Assembly (NCBI GenBank): GCA_044892525.1
Contig: CM097885.1
Span: 12,588,001-12,652,000 of the forward strand
Reading direction: 5' to 3'
Length of the DNA stretch: 64,000 nt
Origin: Schmidtea polychroa
Lineage: Eukaryota
Shown here piece after piece: positions 26,313 through 38,007 of this stretch (its first letter is position 1; each line of letters opens with the position of its first letter). The translations under genes and the position numbers were made by a program. A model generated the notes under the pieces. The model was given only the letters and a program-made list of their open reading frames with translations, was not told the origin of the DNA and ran no database searches.

Positions 26313-28938
26313 TTTATCTAAAATTATCAAAATTATCAAAATATTTCAACATTTTTTCCTCTGACGTTTATAATTTCAATATTTATAATTTGTATTTTGA
26401 TGTAGATAAAGAAATATCATATAAGTATTGTATTTTGACTTTGAGCGCAATTTAAAATATTTTTTTTTATTTTAATGTAAATTTTCAGTGTTTTTCTCAT
26501 TTATTTTAAATCTTACAAATTTATTTAAAATAAAATTTGATAACAAAACGAAAAATTTTGATGGAAAATTAAATAAAATTTTTTAATAGAGAATCCAAAT
26601 TAATAATAGATCAAAATATAAAAATAAATATTTTTTATAAAATATTAAAATAAAATTTATTTAAACAGATTAGAAAGGAATTCAAAATCATCAGAGCGAA
26701 AATAGAAATTCAAATAATGAGGACTTTTTTCCCCAATTTCACCATTGATTTTGTTCCATTGAATTTATTAAAGAGCTTGAATACTATAAATCAGTAAATA
26801 TCGATGCTTTTGATATATTTACTCATTTATAGTCTTCAAGAACTTTTAATAAAATCAAATTTATTTTACGAAATACTTTTCAACAAAAATTTTATTAATT
26901 TCTAAAGGGAAAATTATTTAAGATTTGAATAACATTTTACTGGGTAACGCTAAACGGGTTATAAATGTATTCAGAAATTGTGGGGTTTCGGCCTTTGATC
27001 TCATGATCTCGTTATGGTTATAAATATTGGGAATGATCCACAATTGGATAAGGATATTTCACTCATCCAAATATTAGAATATAATTCACTCAGAACATTT
27101 AATCTAAATCTTGTATCAAGAATTTTATGAAATAATTAAAATAAGTCAATCTGGAAAATGAAAAAATAAATAAAATATTAATCTATGAAAATGCTAAAAA
27201 TCCAAATATTTTTTTCAGATTTGAATAAGTTCAAATCAATTGTGAAAATAAATCAATTAAATATGTCATTATCAAATTATTAAAATATTTCAAAGTTTTT
27301 CAACATTTATAAATTATAATTATAAATAATAATTATTTCCTCTTACTTTTGAAATTTCAATATTTAAAATATGTTTTTTGATGTAGATGAACAAACATTT
27401 TATAAATATTGGTTTTTAGCAAAAAATTAATACTAATGTTAATCTTCAATTTTTTTCTTATTTATTTGTAACTAAATTTCCAAAATTTTTGTAAAAAACA
27501 AAATTAATATTTTTAAATATCTTTCAAAATTATTTAAATCAAAATTTGAAAACAGAGTAAAAATTGATGAGAAATCGTATCAAATGAAAAACTGTGTAAT
27601 AAATGCTAAATTATTTTGTGTTATTTATTTATAAATTGCAATTACTAAATCTCTCTGTGTGTGTGCAAGACCTAGCCCCAATATACGAACCTATCACTAT
27701 TGATTTCAATGAAAAAGATAAATGCATTCAGTGCAAGATATCAAACTCATTATTGAGCGCCCTGGATAGATAAATATTTTTAGCAACATTTTCTAGTAAA
27801 AATATTAATAATCTATAATTATAAAATGTGACGATGAAAGTTTCTAGAGCTATGATTACGAATCGAATGATTTACAAATACTTTTGTTTAAATGTTAAAT
27901 ATTTGAGATGAAAGCTGCAAACCAAAAAAATCAGTATATTTGATCAATATCAATATTTCAACTTTATTGATCATGTTGAGAATTTATTTACCGTATATAG
28001 TCGTGTATAAGCCGATCCGTATGTTGAGGTCTCGATATTCGGGAACACTCAACTTACTGGTTCTTATATACGTACAAATTATATCAAAAGACAAAGTAAT
28101 TTCTAAAACTTTTATTATAATGAAAAATTTACCAAATATGAATTTGTCTGCTAGATTAAAAAAAATCTCAAAATCCTTCAAATATCCAACCGAATATGCT
28201 TGTATGTACTGTGTGAATGTTATGTGTTCTCTTGCTAAGTTGCGTGTAGACTTTTGAAACTTTCTGTTTGTCTGTTCGAGTTTTAGCACTAATAAGGATT
28301 AACCTTTTTAGTATGTTAACGCGGTTAAAATTTTGGGGCGAAAAAAATGAATTTTGACTCGCTATTTATACTTTTTCTTTTAAGAGAAAATGATTAAGAA
28401 TTTAATTTAATATATTTAAAGTATTCTTAAGTATGCTTAAAAAATGAATTTAATATATTTTTCCAGATGTTTTTCCTTAATACTCTAACAGATATTATTT
28501 AACCATATGTTTTTCTTATAATTAATTTAGTACTCTATTATTTAATAATTACAAAATTTATATTTCTAATTATTTTATAGTATTATTATTATTTCATTAT
28601 ATTATTTATCTCTACTTATAAAACTAACTATTAATGATTTAATTTACCCTTTTATAAAAATATTAAATATGTATACAGAAAGATATATTAAATAAAAATT
28701 AACAAGCTACTCAAAAATATGTACAAACTTCTATAGAATAAAAATAATAAAGACATACATCAATAATATCATAAAAAATAAAATAAGTAAAATAAAGAAT
28801 AGTCCAAATGACACAGCATGAATAAAGTAAATAATGAATTTAGTCAACACATAATTGTCAATATTTTGAATTGTCCGGCTTTGGTTGTTTGGGTTCCACG
28901 TAGATATTGACTCTGAACTTGTTGCTGCCCGTTCTATA

Positions 28939-30765
28939 TTAGTGTGTTAGTTCAAATTCTTCGATTCTTCTTCCTCTGTCATCCAACACTCCTCCTAGGG
29001 CCGATAAAGTAATGTCCTCATTACCTTTATCGCTGAGGACCAATTCAATTTCGCAACCGGTTATATACATTGTTGCCCTTTGGAATCCTTTCTTCAATGC
29101 CAATTTTAACACATCACCATCAATAATTCGTCTACCGAAGTGTTGATGTATTTCTTTTTCCGAGATAGTGGATCTTCCCTCTTTGATGATGAACATTGGC
29201 TCCTCCAACTCGACATTTGGCTCTGGTCCTAGTTCGTCATCTATCTGCATTGCTTCGCTAGGTGAGAAATATTCTTCATCCGAGTCTAAATCACACTGTG
29301 GGTCAGCATAGTTGTAACTACTTGATGTCTGAGGTTCTTCCTTGATTGTAATTGTTTGTGGTTTTTTGTCCTCCTTGACGAATATGATGTCATCATCGCT
29401 GTCCATTAGTTCATCTTCAAAGGTACGTCTGCTCCCATCTTTATTGAATTTCAATTCTCTTTGTGAGGGTTCGATATATATATCTTCCTCAAATTCCTCT
29501 GGCTCATCGCTGTTTTCTTCTATTGGACTGAGTTGATGGCTATTATTTTCCTTTTGGAATGCTGTCATGTCCCACCTTATGACTTCTTCCCACTGCTTTT
29601 CGACCAAGAGGTAAATGACTTTTGCGATTAGTGTTGTATCTTCTGCTGAGAACGGTTCGGGTTTTTTGAGGATGTTGTTGATTGCTTTGTCTTTCTTCCA
29701 TTCTGGGTGTGTTGCGATTACTTTGTATGCGAGATTCGATAGTTTGATTCTGTGTGGTGCTACATTTTTGACGAATGAACACATGAACACATCTTCAGCT
29801 AACTCTCTGACTCCCATGACATTGTACAGATCTAATGTCAGCGTCTTGAGTTTCTTTATTATTTGGTATCCCACAATGATTTTTCCGAGTAGCAGCTTCT
29901 GTATGTCGATCAGCGCTTGGTATTCGTCTTCATTTCCTCTTATTGAATCCCTGTCTGCTCTTGTCTTCTCCGGGTAATAATGTTGGATTTTGGTGCGTGG
30001 AGTCACCTTTTTATTGTATACGATTTCTCCTCTAAAATTCCTGATGCATATCTCGACTGGTCTGCGATTGTTATTGATGTCGCATACGTCTTTGACATCG
30101 ACAAACATGATTGCCCTTTGTCGTTCGGGGATTGACAACTGTTGATGTGTGAATGACATCCGTTTCGAGATGAAATCTTGATGTATTACGATATCCGACT
30201 GTATCATCTCTAATTCTCTGAAAGGATTGGGTATGGTTGGGACATATAGAATTTCGATAGCCATCACACAGGGTAAATTGTTCATTTGGATGACCAAATT
30301 GTTGAAATCGTTTGGCACGCTTCGATTAGTCTTCATCGTCTTGATCACCACCGTGCAGTTGCTTGTTGTTATAATTGGGATTCGTTGTTGGCAAATTGAG
30401 ACCTCCGTTCTGGTCATATAGAATAGTATTCTATGTGGGACTTTTCTTCCTTCATTTGCTGCGATATCTGCATTTTCGAACATATCATAGGTGCCTATTA
30501 TATCTCTCAGCTTTATCCTTCGGGCTTCATTAAATTTAACTAAGTGCATTTCTCTTTCTTCGATTTCGCACTTCATTTCATTGGGTATGCAGACCTGGTT
30601 AGGGAAACTTCTGATGGTGATTGGTGAGCCGTCTGAGGTGATTTTATTTTGCAAATTTTTGTAGAAACTGTGGTATAGTTTTTGAATGGAGCAGCTGTAT
30701 TGTTGGACTGGACGTTGTATGGGATTGAATGGTTTGGGATTGACTGTGGTATTGTTGGATTGCAT
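28939..30765 (-). CDS. 608-aa retroelement accessory protein with an ISG20/REX4-like (DEDDh-fold) domain and acidic C-terminus
   Basis: PVEICIRNFRGEIVYNKKVTP..IQHY..IQKLLLGKIIVGYQI follows the REX4/ISG20 pattern; probable ATG at 30765 follows an acceptor-like TTTTTTTAG. Confidence 0.65.
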   Translation of the reverse strand: MQSNNTTVNPKPFNPIQRPVQQYSCSIQKLYHSFYKNLQNKITSDGSPITIRSFPNQVCIPNEMKCEIEEREMHLVKFNEARRIKLRDIIGTYDMFENADIAANEGRKVPHRILFYMTRTEVSICQQRIPIITTSNCTVVIKTMKTNRSVPNDFNNLVIQMNNLPCVMAIEILYVPTIPNPFRELEMIQSDIVIHQDFISKRMSFTHQQLSIPERQRAIMFVDVKDVCDINNNRRPVEICIRNFRGEIVYNKKVTPRTKIQHYYPEKTRADRDSIRGNEDEYQALIDIQKLLLGKIIVGYQIIKKLKTLTLDLYNVMGVRELAEDVFMCSFVKNVAPHRIKLSNLAYKVIATHPEWKKDKAINNILKKPEPFSAEDTTLIAKVIYLLVEKQWEEVIRWDMTAFQKENNSHQLSPIEENSDEPEEFEEDIYIEPSQRELKFNKDGSRRTFEDELMDSDDDIIFVKEDKKPQTITIKEEPQTSSSYNYADPQCDLDSDEEYFSPSEAMQIDDELGPEPNVELEEPMFIIKEGRSTISEKEIHQHFGRRIIDGDVLKLALKKGFQRATMYITGCEIELVLSDKGNEDITLSALGGVLDDRGRRIEEFELTH

Positions 30766-30910
30766 TTTTCTAAAAAAACAATATAAACATACATATTTAC
30801 AGCGCATTTGAGGCTTTACCTTATACGCTTCAATATAAATAAAAATATAAATATATGTGAGTTTAAATATTATCATTGACCAATAGGAATTGAAATTATC
30901 TATATTATTT

Positions 30911-31460
30911 TTAAACCAATGAGGACATTGTGTATTGTCCTGGCCTATACTTATCCAAATGAAAATGCCCTGGTACATTTTTGACCAGTCGGTGCCGATA
31001 CCGCTGCCTTTTCCATTTGTATTTTTTATACACTTGAACACTGGTGATAATAGCTAAAATACTCAATGCTAAAATGCTTGATGAAATTACATAGAAAGGC
31101 CATCGTGGTTTAGCAGGTTTTACTTGAAATGCTCTTAGTTCATCCCAGTTATTTATGATTATGGGTTTTCCCGTAGGTAATTTTATCAGTTTCCTATCAA
31201 ACTGTCTTAGATTTTTTATTATTAATTTTTTATATACTTGTCTAGTTACTTTAAATGTCGTTTCTCTGTCTGTGTTTGTTATCGTTTGTAATGACTGTTG
31301 GGTGGATGCCGAATTTGTGGTAGTTATTGTTATGGTGGTTGTTGGCATGCTATTATCTATGGGCTTATATATGTTTGTGATAATGGTTCTTATTCTTTTG
31401 CACCTTACTTGTGATGTGTCAACTAAGGTATTCCATTGTGCACAAAGTGTGTAATTAGTT
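30911..31460 (-). pseudogene. 3' remnant of a membrane protein (Thr-rich stalk, TM helix, basic tail), joined by deletion to the truncated RT
   Basis: PTTTITITTTNS...WPFYVISSSILALSILAIITSVQVYKKYKWKRQRYRHR. Confidence 0.55.
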
Positions 31461-31952
31461 CTAATGTCCTAAGAATAATGCTGAAGGCTCTGCCCATTTA
31501 CACTTAGTGGGTTTTATTTTGATTTTTGCTTTTCTTAATCTTTCTAGTACGTTAGCTATATCTTTTAGATGTTCCTCAAATGTTTTTGATGAAATTAAAA
31601 TATCATCCATATATACTGCGCAATGTTGTACGTCTACTAATACTGTATTCATATAAAGTTGAAATGTTGCTGGCGCATTAGTTAACCCAAAAGGTAATCT
31701 TGTATATTCATATAAACCGTCTTCTATCACAAAAGCTGTCTTTTCCGCATCTCCCTCTTCCATTTGAATTTGCATGTAGCCTTTATTTGCATCTATTACT
31801 GTGAAATATTTAGTATCTCTAAGTTTATCATATTGTTCTTGTGCTTTTGGGAATGGGTATGAGTCTTTTACTGTTACATCATTTAATTTACGATAATCAA
31901 TGCACATTCGAATTTCCCCATCTTTCTTTCTAACTGGTACGATAGGTGATGC
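31461..31952 (-). pseudogene. Ty3/Gypsy reverse transcriptase; RNase H and integrase deleted
   Basis: In frame after SQ*ASP (probably TGG>TGA): RMCIDYRKLN, KTAF, LPFGLTNAPATFQ, YMDDILI, FLGH. Confidence 0.95.
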
Positions 31953-34415
31953 TCATTGTGAAAAACTTTGCTTTATTACGCCTGCCTCTTTTAATTCTTT
32001 AATTTGTCGTTTTATTTCCTCCCTCAGTTTATATGGTACACTATAGGGTCTCTGTTTTATTGGTCTAGCATTCCCTGTATCGATTACATGTTTGATAATG
32101 TCAGTATCTCCTAAATCAAATTCGTGTTTTGCAAAAACATCACTATATTCGTCAAGTAATATTTGTAGTTGTAGTTGTTGTGTTTCATTTAGATAATTAT
32201 TATTTATTTTAATTTTATCATAAAATTTGATATTATTCGCTCTACTCTGTTCGACCATTCTTTCACTGACATCCTTCGTCATCGACATCTCACATACTTC
32301 AAATGTTTGCTCAAATTCACCTTTGAACAACTTTCCCAATTTTGTACCTTTATGAATTTTTACTTTATTTCTTTCGTAATTCGCGATTCTTATTGGAATT
32401 ATCCCATTATTTGGAATTACACACTCGTCTGTTAACATTACATTATGATTTCGTGATATTGCCGTTTCAGGCTCGAAAATGAAAGTGTCCTCACTTTTAA
32501 CATTAACTTTTACTGGAATTATATGATCACTTTGATACTCTAGTTCAAATGTCTCTAATGCAATTACCTCAGTAAATCTTGCGTCTTGATATATTGCCTT
32601 CCGTTTGACTGTACTATCCGTTAAATCGATTACACAGTTTTTTAACTTTTTGAGTATGTCCATCCCAAGGACACATACGCATTTACATTCTGCTACTACC
32701 TTGAAGACATGTTCAACCACTTGATCCGAAAAGTGGACTGTTAATTCGATATCTCCTTTTAATGGTATGTAATGTGATGATAATGAAATTACTCTATCTC
32801 TTGTGCTCACGATATTTTTCTTTTGGTTTCCAGTTAACTGATCTTCACGAATCATAGAAGCTGCTGCTCCTGTGTCACATAATGCCTTTATTATCGTATC
32901 ATTTATCACTATTTGTAATTTAGGCCTTGCTTCATTTAACCCTTCTAATATATCGTCAAGTTCTAACCCGTAACATCCATAAGTTTTCCTTGGAACACAA
33001 TGACAATTACCATTTTCACCTGGGATTCTAATTTCAATATTATTTCTCAATTCTGTCAATTGTTCTCTTTGATTATCATATAACCCAATATGTGGTTGCT
33101 CAGTATTTTCTGATCTGTTTGTATCGTCCTCTTTCTCATTGGTGATCATTATTTCACCCTCTTCCCTTCGACTTTTCATCCATTTGATTTCCTTATCGTG
33201 CCTCGCAGTGATCAAATATTTGGCTATGAATGGACATAAACATGCTATCATTTTATATGAATTACCAAAAACTTGTCTCAGTTGTCTTAACGAAACTAAT
33301 GATGAGCAAATCATTTTCAATAGTGCTACTGTATAATATATACCCAATATAGTGGAAAACGTATTTCCGAGAATCGCAAAATATCCCCATATGCTGTATA
33401 ATACTCTATACACAACTTTCTTGAAGTGCTCTTTTGATAATAATACATCAAAGTTGTAATTTCCTCCATAACTATTTTCGATGATTTTGTTTACCATGAT
33501 AGAAAGAACTTTTTCTTTTTCATGAGGAAATAACATATGTTTTCTGGCGCTCTCTATCGCCTCTCTCGTATACATCCCATTGTTATCCATTTCGTTGACT
33601 TCCTGAAATTCTAACTTTTTCTGAAGTTCAGTTAGTTCTAGTTTTTGTGGTTTAGTCGCTTCTTTTCTATCTGACATTGTAATCCACATATCATCATTTA
33701 TTTTGTATAATGGATCTAATAGATTAGTACATTTATCAATTTTTCTCGGAACATAGTCTTTATCTGTTAATATCCTTGTTATTGGTTGGAGGTATACAGT
33801 TTCTCCTTTATACACTACTGGCAATTCGTTTGTGCACTTATTATTCGTTGCTAACGATACGCTAACCGGTTTACACTGAAATGTTTGTATCACTTCACCG
33901 ACAACTCTTGCAAATGTCCCTTTCTCTGCAAATAAAATTGGTTCCATTAAATCTGGGTTTGTGACTGCAACCGCCATCTTTGTTCTTAATATTTCTCTAT
34001 TAAGTTTACAATCGTTTGCAATAGTTGCTTGATATACTTTGTCCAATTGTACTAACTGATGATGATAGAAATAGTCAATTTTATTATTAAAATATGGTGC
34101 TAGCTTGACGTCGAATTTATCTATTCTCGATTTTGCCTCTTTAATTTCACTTCCGCTGATATAAATTCCCTCATAATTTGTTTGCACGACTGCCTTGCCA
34201 CATTTTATGCTTTCACCTTTTCCTACAAATCTCATCGCCTCTGTTTCAGAATCTGACATGTATATTGTTGGGGTATCTCTTTCTTGAATTATCGTTGCTC
34301 GTCGTTTTTGGTCTTTGATGCTCTTGGATTCTACATCCGTAAACTGTTTACCTCCTATCGTTCTGAATTTCAGTGTCTTTAATTTAGTTAGATGGCATTC
34401 GTATTTATTCACTCT
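31953..34415 (-). CDS. Polyprotein: C-terminal half of a chuvirus-like (class III) glycoprotein with TM region, then retropepsin protease, linker and RT N-terminus
   Basis: CG..VVQTN, DCKLNREIL, GEVIQTFQCKPVSV..CTNELPV..YLQPITRIL; hydrophobic region IWGYFAILGNTFSTILGIYYTVALL; ALCDTGA..LGMDIL; KHVIDTGNARPIKQRPY. Confidence 0.85.
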   Translation of the reverse strand, partial: RVNKYECHLTKLKTLKFRTIGGKQFTDVESKSIKDQKRRATIIQERDTPTIYMSDSETEAMRFVGKGESIKCGKAVVQTNYEGIYISGSEIKEAKSRIDKFDVKLAPYFNNKIDYFYHHQLVQLDKVYQATIANDCKLNREILRTKMAVAVTNPDLMEPILFAEKGTFARVVGEVIQTFQCKPVSVSLATNNKCTNELPVVYKGETVYLQPITRILTDKDYVPRKIDKCTNLLDPLYKINDDMWITMSDRKEATKPQKLELTELQKKLEFQEVNEMDNNGMYTREAIESARKHMLFPHEKEKVLSIMVNKIIENSYGGNYNFDVLLSKEHFKKVVYRVLYSIWGYFAILGNTFSTILGIYYTVALLKMICSSLVSLRQLRQVFGNSYKMIACLCPFIAKYLITARHDKEIKWMKSRREEGEIMITNEKEDDTNRSENTEQPHIGLYDNQREQLTELRNNIEIRIPGENGNCHCVPRKTYGCYGLELDDILEGLNEARPKLQIVINDTIIKALCDTGAAASMIREDQLTGNQKKNIVSTRDRVISLSSHYIPLKGDIELTVHFSDQVVEHVFKVVAECKCVCVLGMDILKKLKNCVIDLTDSTVKRKAIYQDARFTEVIALETFELEYQSDHIIPVKVNVKSEDTFIFEPETAISRNHNVMLTDECVIPNNGIIPIRIANYERNKVKIHKGTKLGKLFKGEFEQTFEVCEMSMTKDVSERMVEQSRANNIKFYDKIKINNNYLNETQQLQLQILLDEYSDVFAKHEFDLGDTDIIKHVIDTGNARPIKQRPYSVPYKLREEIKRQIKELKEAGVIKQSFSQ

Positions 34416-34690
34416 AGTAGTAAGATGTGTCACCTCCAGGACATGTCACATCCAGGACAGGTCAAGGTCTAATTTTTTAAGGTCAAGGTCAAATTTTTAA
34501 GGTCAAGGTCAAATTTTTTAAGGTCAAGGTCAAATTTTTTTTTAAGGTCTGATATCATTTACTGATATCATTCACACATGATTTAGTAACAGTTCATAGT
34601 GCAAATCATGTGAATTTCCGTTGATGTAATCGATTATTAACGCATAATTTCATACCACATGTTATACCTTCAAATATTTTAATCAATAAT
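34416..34690 (+). repeat. Polinton terminal repeat with tandem AAGGTCAAGGTCA units; second copy at 53747-54002
   Basis: Near-identical ~260-275 bp at both sites. Confidence 0.92.
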
Positions 34691-34705
34691 AATTCAGTAT
34701 TTTTC

Positions 34706-34853
<148 letters not shown>

Positions 34854-35145
34854 ATTTTTACAAATAATTACTATTATTATAAGAACTTTTATTTCTTCCA
34901 ATTTCACCACTGATTATAATATCCATTGAATTGAAAAGAGACTTTGAAGATTATAAATCAGTAATATATCGATGTTTGTCGACTCTCACAAATTGTCGGC
35001 ACTGCCTTGTTAAGTGAATTTGATCATTATTACATTAAATATTTATTGTTGGATAATTACATTTAAAAGGTTCAACCAATTTCATAAATCAGCTTTGAAT
35101 CACTTTAATATAAATCTTTATAAGAAATTACTTTATTATTATTAA

Positions 35146-35242
<97 letters not shown>

Positions 35243-35883
35243 ATTTACATCAACTCAAATTTAACAAGGTTAGTCACACAAATCGAATTCTGAAATCAAA
35301 CAAATGCATTTAATAAAAATTAAAATCATCGACATACACAACCGCCGCCCGCCGCCCGCCCCGAAGGGGCTGGGCGGTAGTTTGTAAATTTGGTTTATTT
35401 TGAATATTATTATTTGATACATAGTTTTATTATTTACAATATTCAAAGTATTAATAACAAAGGTAAAGAAATAAATGTTTATAATATGATACTCATTAAT
35501 ATACATTGAACATGCTTTACATTTGCGAACATTTTAAATTTGGAATTTTAAGGATTACCTTCGATAGATTATATTGAATAATGGTTCATTAAAAAGGTCT
35601 CATTTTTTTTTTGGATTTTTGTGAAAAGTTGTAGGTTAGGCTGAAAATTAATTAGTAAAAAAAAAATTGGCACTTTTTGTGTTGTCGAAATAATTGAAAT
35701 AAATATTTTAAAAAAAAAATGTAAAAACTGAAAGGTTAAATATCATTGCAAGTTTGCTTGTCTTTTTATTATATGTATCGTGTTGAAATATCTAATTTTC
35801 TTATAATCTATCTATCGATCATCTTGTTGCTTTTGAATAATAGTATAAACATAATTATTTTTTCATTTTAATTATTTTCAACC

Positions 35884-36267
35884 ATGTCGGAAAAAGGTAA
35901 AATATGAATTTTATGTTTATTAATTCTTTTTTTTTATTTAGCATATATAATCAACTTTTTGATTGAAAAATTAGAGGAAATATCTAATGTAAAAATTAGA
36001 GAATTTATGAATGTTCCAGAGAAATTAAAATGGCCGTATTCAGACGATGAAATTAATGAAGATGATATGTCATATGAATCTGAAAATATTTCCCAGCAAG
36101 AAGATGAATATACTGATTTGCCTAGTGAAGAACTTAAGTCATGTATTGAGAATTCTACAACAGATAAATTACCAAATGAATCTAAAGAAGATGAATCTAT
36201 TGTTTCTACTAATTGTATTGATCATATTGTTGAAAATATAATGAAAAGAGATTGTATTGAAGATTAA
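35884..36267 (+). CDS. Polinton small acidic protein A, 2 exons (35884-35896, 35942-36267)
   Basis: ATGTCGGAAAAAG|GT..AG restores the frame; shares EKL.EIS.VK and CIDH.VEN.M with 43107-43465. Confidence 0.7.
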
Positions 36268-36339
36268 TAAATTTGAAACTTTAGTTATTTTCAATGATTT
36301 AAAAACACCAAAACACTAATAAAGATGTATTAAATAAAT

Positions 36340-36931
36340 TTAACATGAACAATGTTCCTCTTCAAACTTATCTTCGGCTTTTATAATTTTCCAAATTGGT
36401 TTGATTCGGTCTCTGCTTACATTATACCCTTGAATTAATATGGTAACCATGCAGGTTATTTTGCTCATCTTACCACCATTGGGAATCATATCCAAATCGT
36501 TTCTAATGAACATATCTTCATCATCAAATTCAATATTTTCATTGATCCTCTGAAATAATTGTCCCAATAGCATCTTGTCATGAAACTTGATTTTGGAAAG
36601 TCTCACATTGCAGAAACATTTTTCCAGAGTTACTGGTTCCTAACAATAAATAATAATAATAAAATCCAAAATAATTTATAGAAACTTACCTTAAATGTAT
36701 AGGAAATTGGACAATACAAATAATTTAGTTTGTATTGCATGAATTCGACTGGCTTTTTTGTATCCACTCGAACATTGACCAAGGTTTCCGAGGATAATGT
36801 CGCTTCTTTAAATTTCCGTTTTCCGAATTCCTGAGCGGCATCTGCATTTTTTCTCTTCAAAACTCCTAGATTAAAAAACTAATAAATGGAATATGTGTAA
36901 ACGACAACAAACCTGTAATTTGATTATCCAT
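36340..36931 (-). CDS. Polinton protein B, 3 exons (36931-36913, 36865-36690, 36639-36340); possibly an OB-fold ssDNA-binding protein
   Basis: Two GT-AG introns join the track ORFs in frame; TILIQGYNV..PIWKI shared with 42584..43003. Confidence 0.65.
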
Positions 36932-37133
36932 TTGTAGTTATAATATTTAATAATTTGAACCAGATATTTTATACTAATTTCATTGTAAACAAGTTTCAAG
37001 TGACAGGCATGATCAAAACGTGATCAACTAGTTCATTTTATGCTAAATAACAAAGTCTGAAATGATTTATTGTACACAAAGAAATATTATAGGTTAGTTA
37101 AGGTTATCACAAAACAAATATAATTATATTTTA

Positions 37134-37532
37134 TTACAACAATACATTTTTTCGCAATTCCACAAGTAATGCATGAATTATTTCTCGTTTCTGTAGATTT
37201 ACAAAACATGTACAACTATCATCCCCACAAGTATTCTGCATATTATTTTTACAAAAATCACAATTTTCAACATCATCGGTATAACATGTAATCGTAGCAT
37301 GATCCATATGAATTAAATCTATTACATTTATTCCAGTTATTTCATAAATTTTGTAAAACACAACTTCTGGAGCACAATACATTAAGGAATTGTTCAAATT
37401 CGGATAAAAATCTTCAATTTTATCAATCAAAATTTTTAGTATAGTTTCTAAACAAAAATCAGTAAATTTAAAATAAAAACAGTTACCTTCATGTTCAATC
37501 ATTGTTGAATAAATATTCAAGCAAATCTTCAT
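37134..37532 (-). CDS. Polinton protein C, unknown function, Cys-rich C-terminus
   Basis: Homologous in position and pattern (FYP/YYP, YEITGI/YNETRI, CxC) to 42061..42381. Confidence 0.6.
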   Translation of the reverse strand: MKICLNIYSTMIEHEGNCFYFKFTDFCLETILKILIDKIEDFYPNLNNSLMYCAPEVVFYKIYEITGINVIDLIHMDHATITCYTDDVENCDFCKNNMQNTCGDDSCTCFVNLQKREIIHALLVELRKNVLL

Positions 37533-38007
37533 TACTTATATTTGAAGAAATTGTTAAAGATCCAATCAAATCCTTTACATCGTTTATAATTCCTTCAACA
37601 ATAGTATGAAAATCTAAATTTTTAATACCTAGTACAACTATTTTACCACTCGAAAATATATTTACACATAGTGGATTATATTTTGTATAACGCAGAGCGG
37701 GAAATAATTCAGGCTCATATATACCATCTCCATCTAATAACTTTGCTAAATTATTCAAATTAATAGATTGTTCAACCTTGGTAGCTATAGTAAGACTTTG
37801 AACTTGAATATCTTTGATATTATATTGCAAATTCTTGAATTCGATAGGCTTCTTACAACCCATTATACGACATTTACCATTTTTGAAAAATATAATAGTA
37901 TATTTTCCAGTTTTGTCGACATATTATTGTGGTTTACACTTGGGGAAATTCATCATACCAACAGTTTCCAAAGACACACGACCTCTATAATTAATATTTG
38001 TCAACAT
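37495..38007 (-). pseudogene. TATA-binding-protein-like gene of Polinton 1 (one premature stop)
   Basis: MLTNINYR...KPQ*YV..IIFFKNGKCRIMGCK...INLNNLA..YEPELFPALRY..VNIFSSGKIVVLGIK. Confidence 0.88.

Noticed and set aside
27979..28010. TACCGTATATAGTCGTGTATAAGCCGA, a pogo-like TIR
   Set aside because: No partner end or transposase found; too little to call an element.
30766..31041. First 92 residues of the 700-aa track ORF
   Set aside because: Overlaps the TM ORF and an AT-rich intron-like stretch; the ATG at 30765 is the more plausible start.
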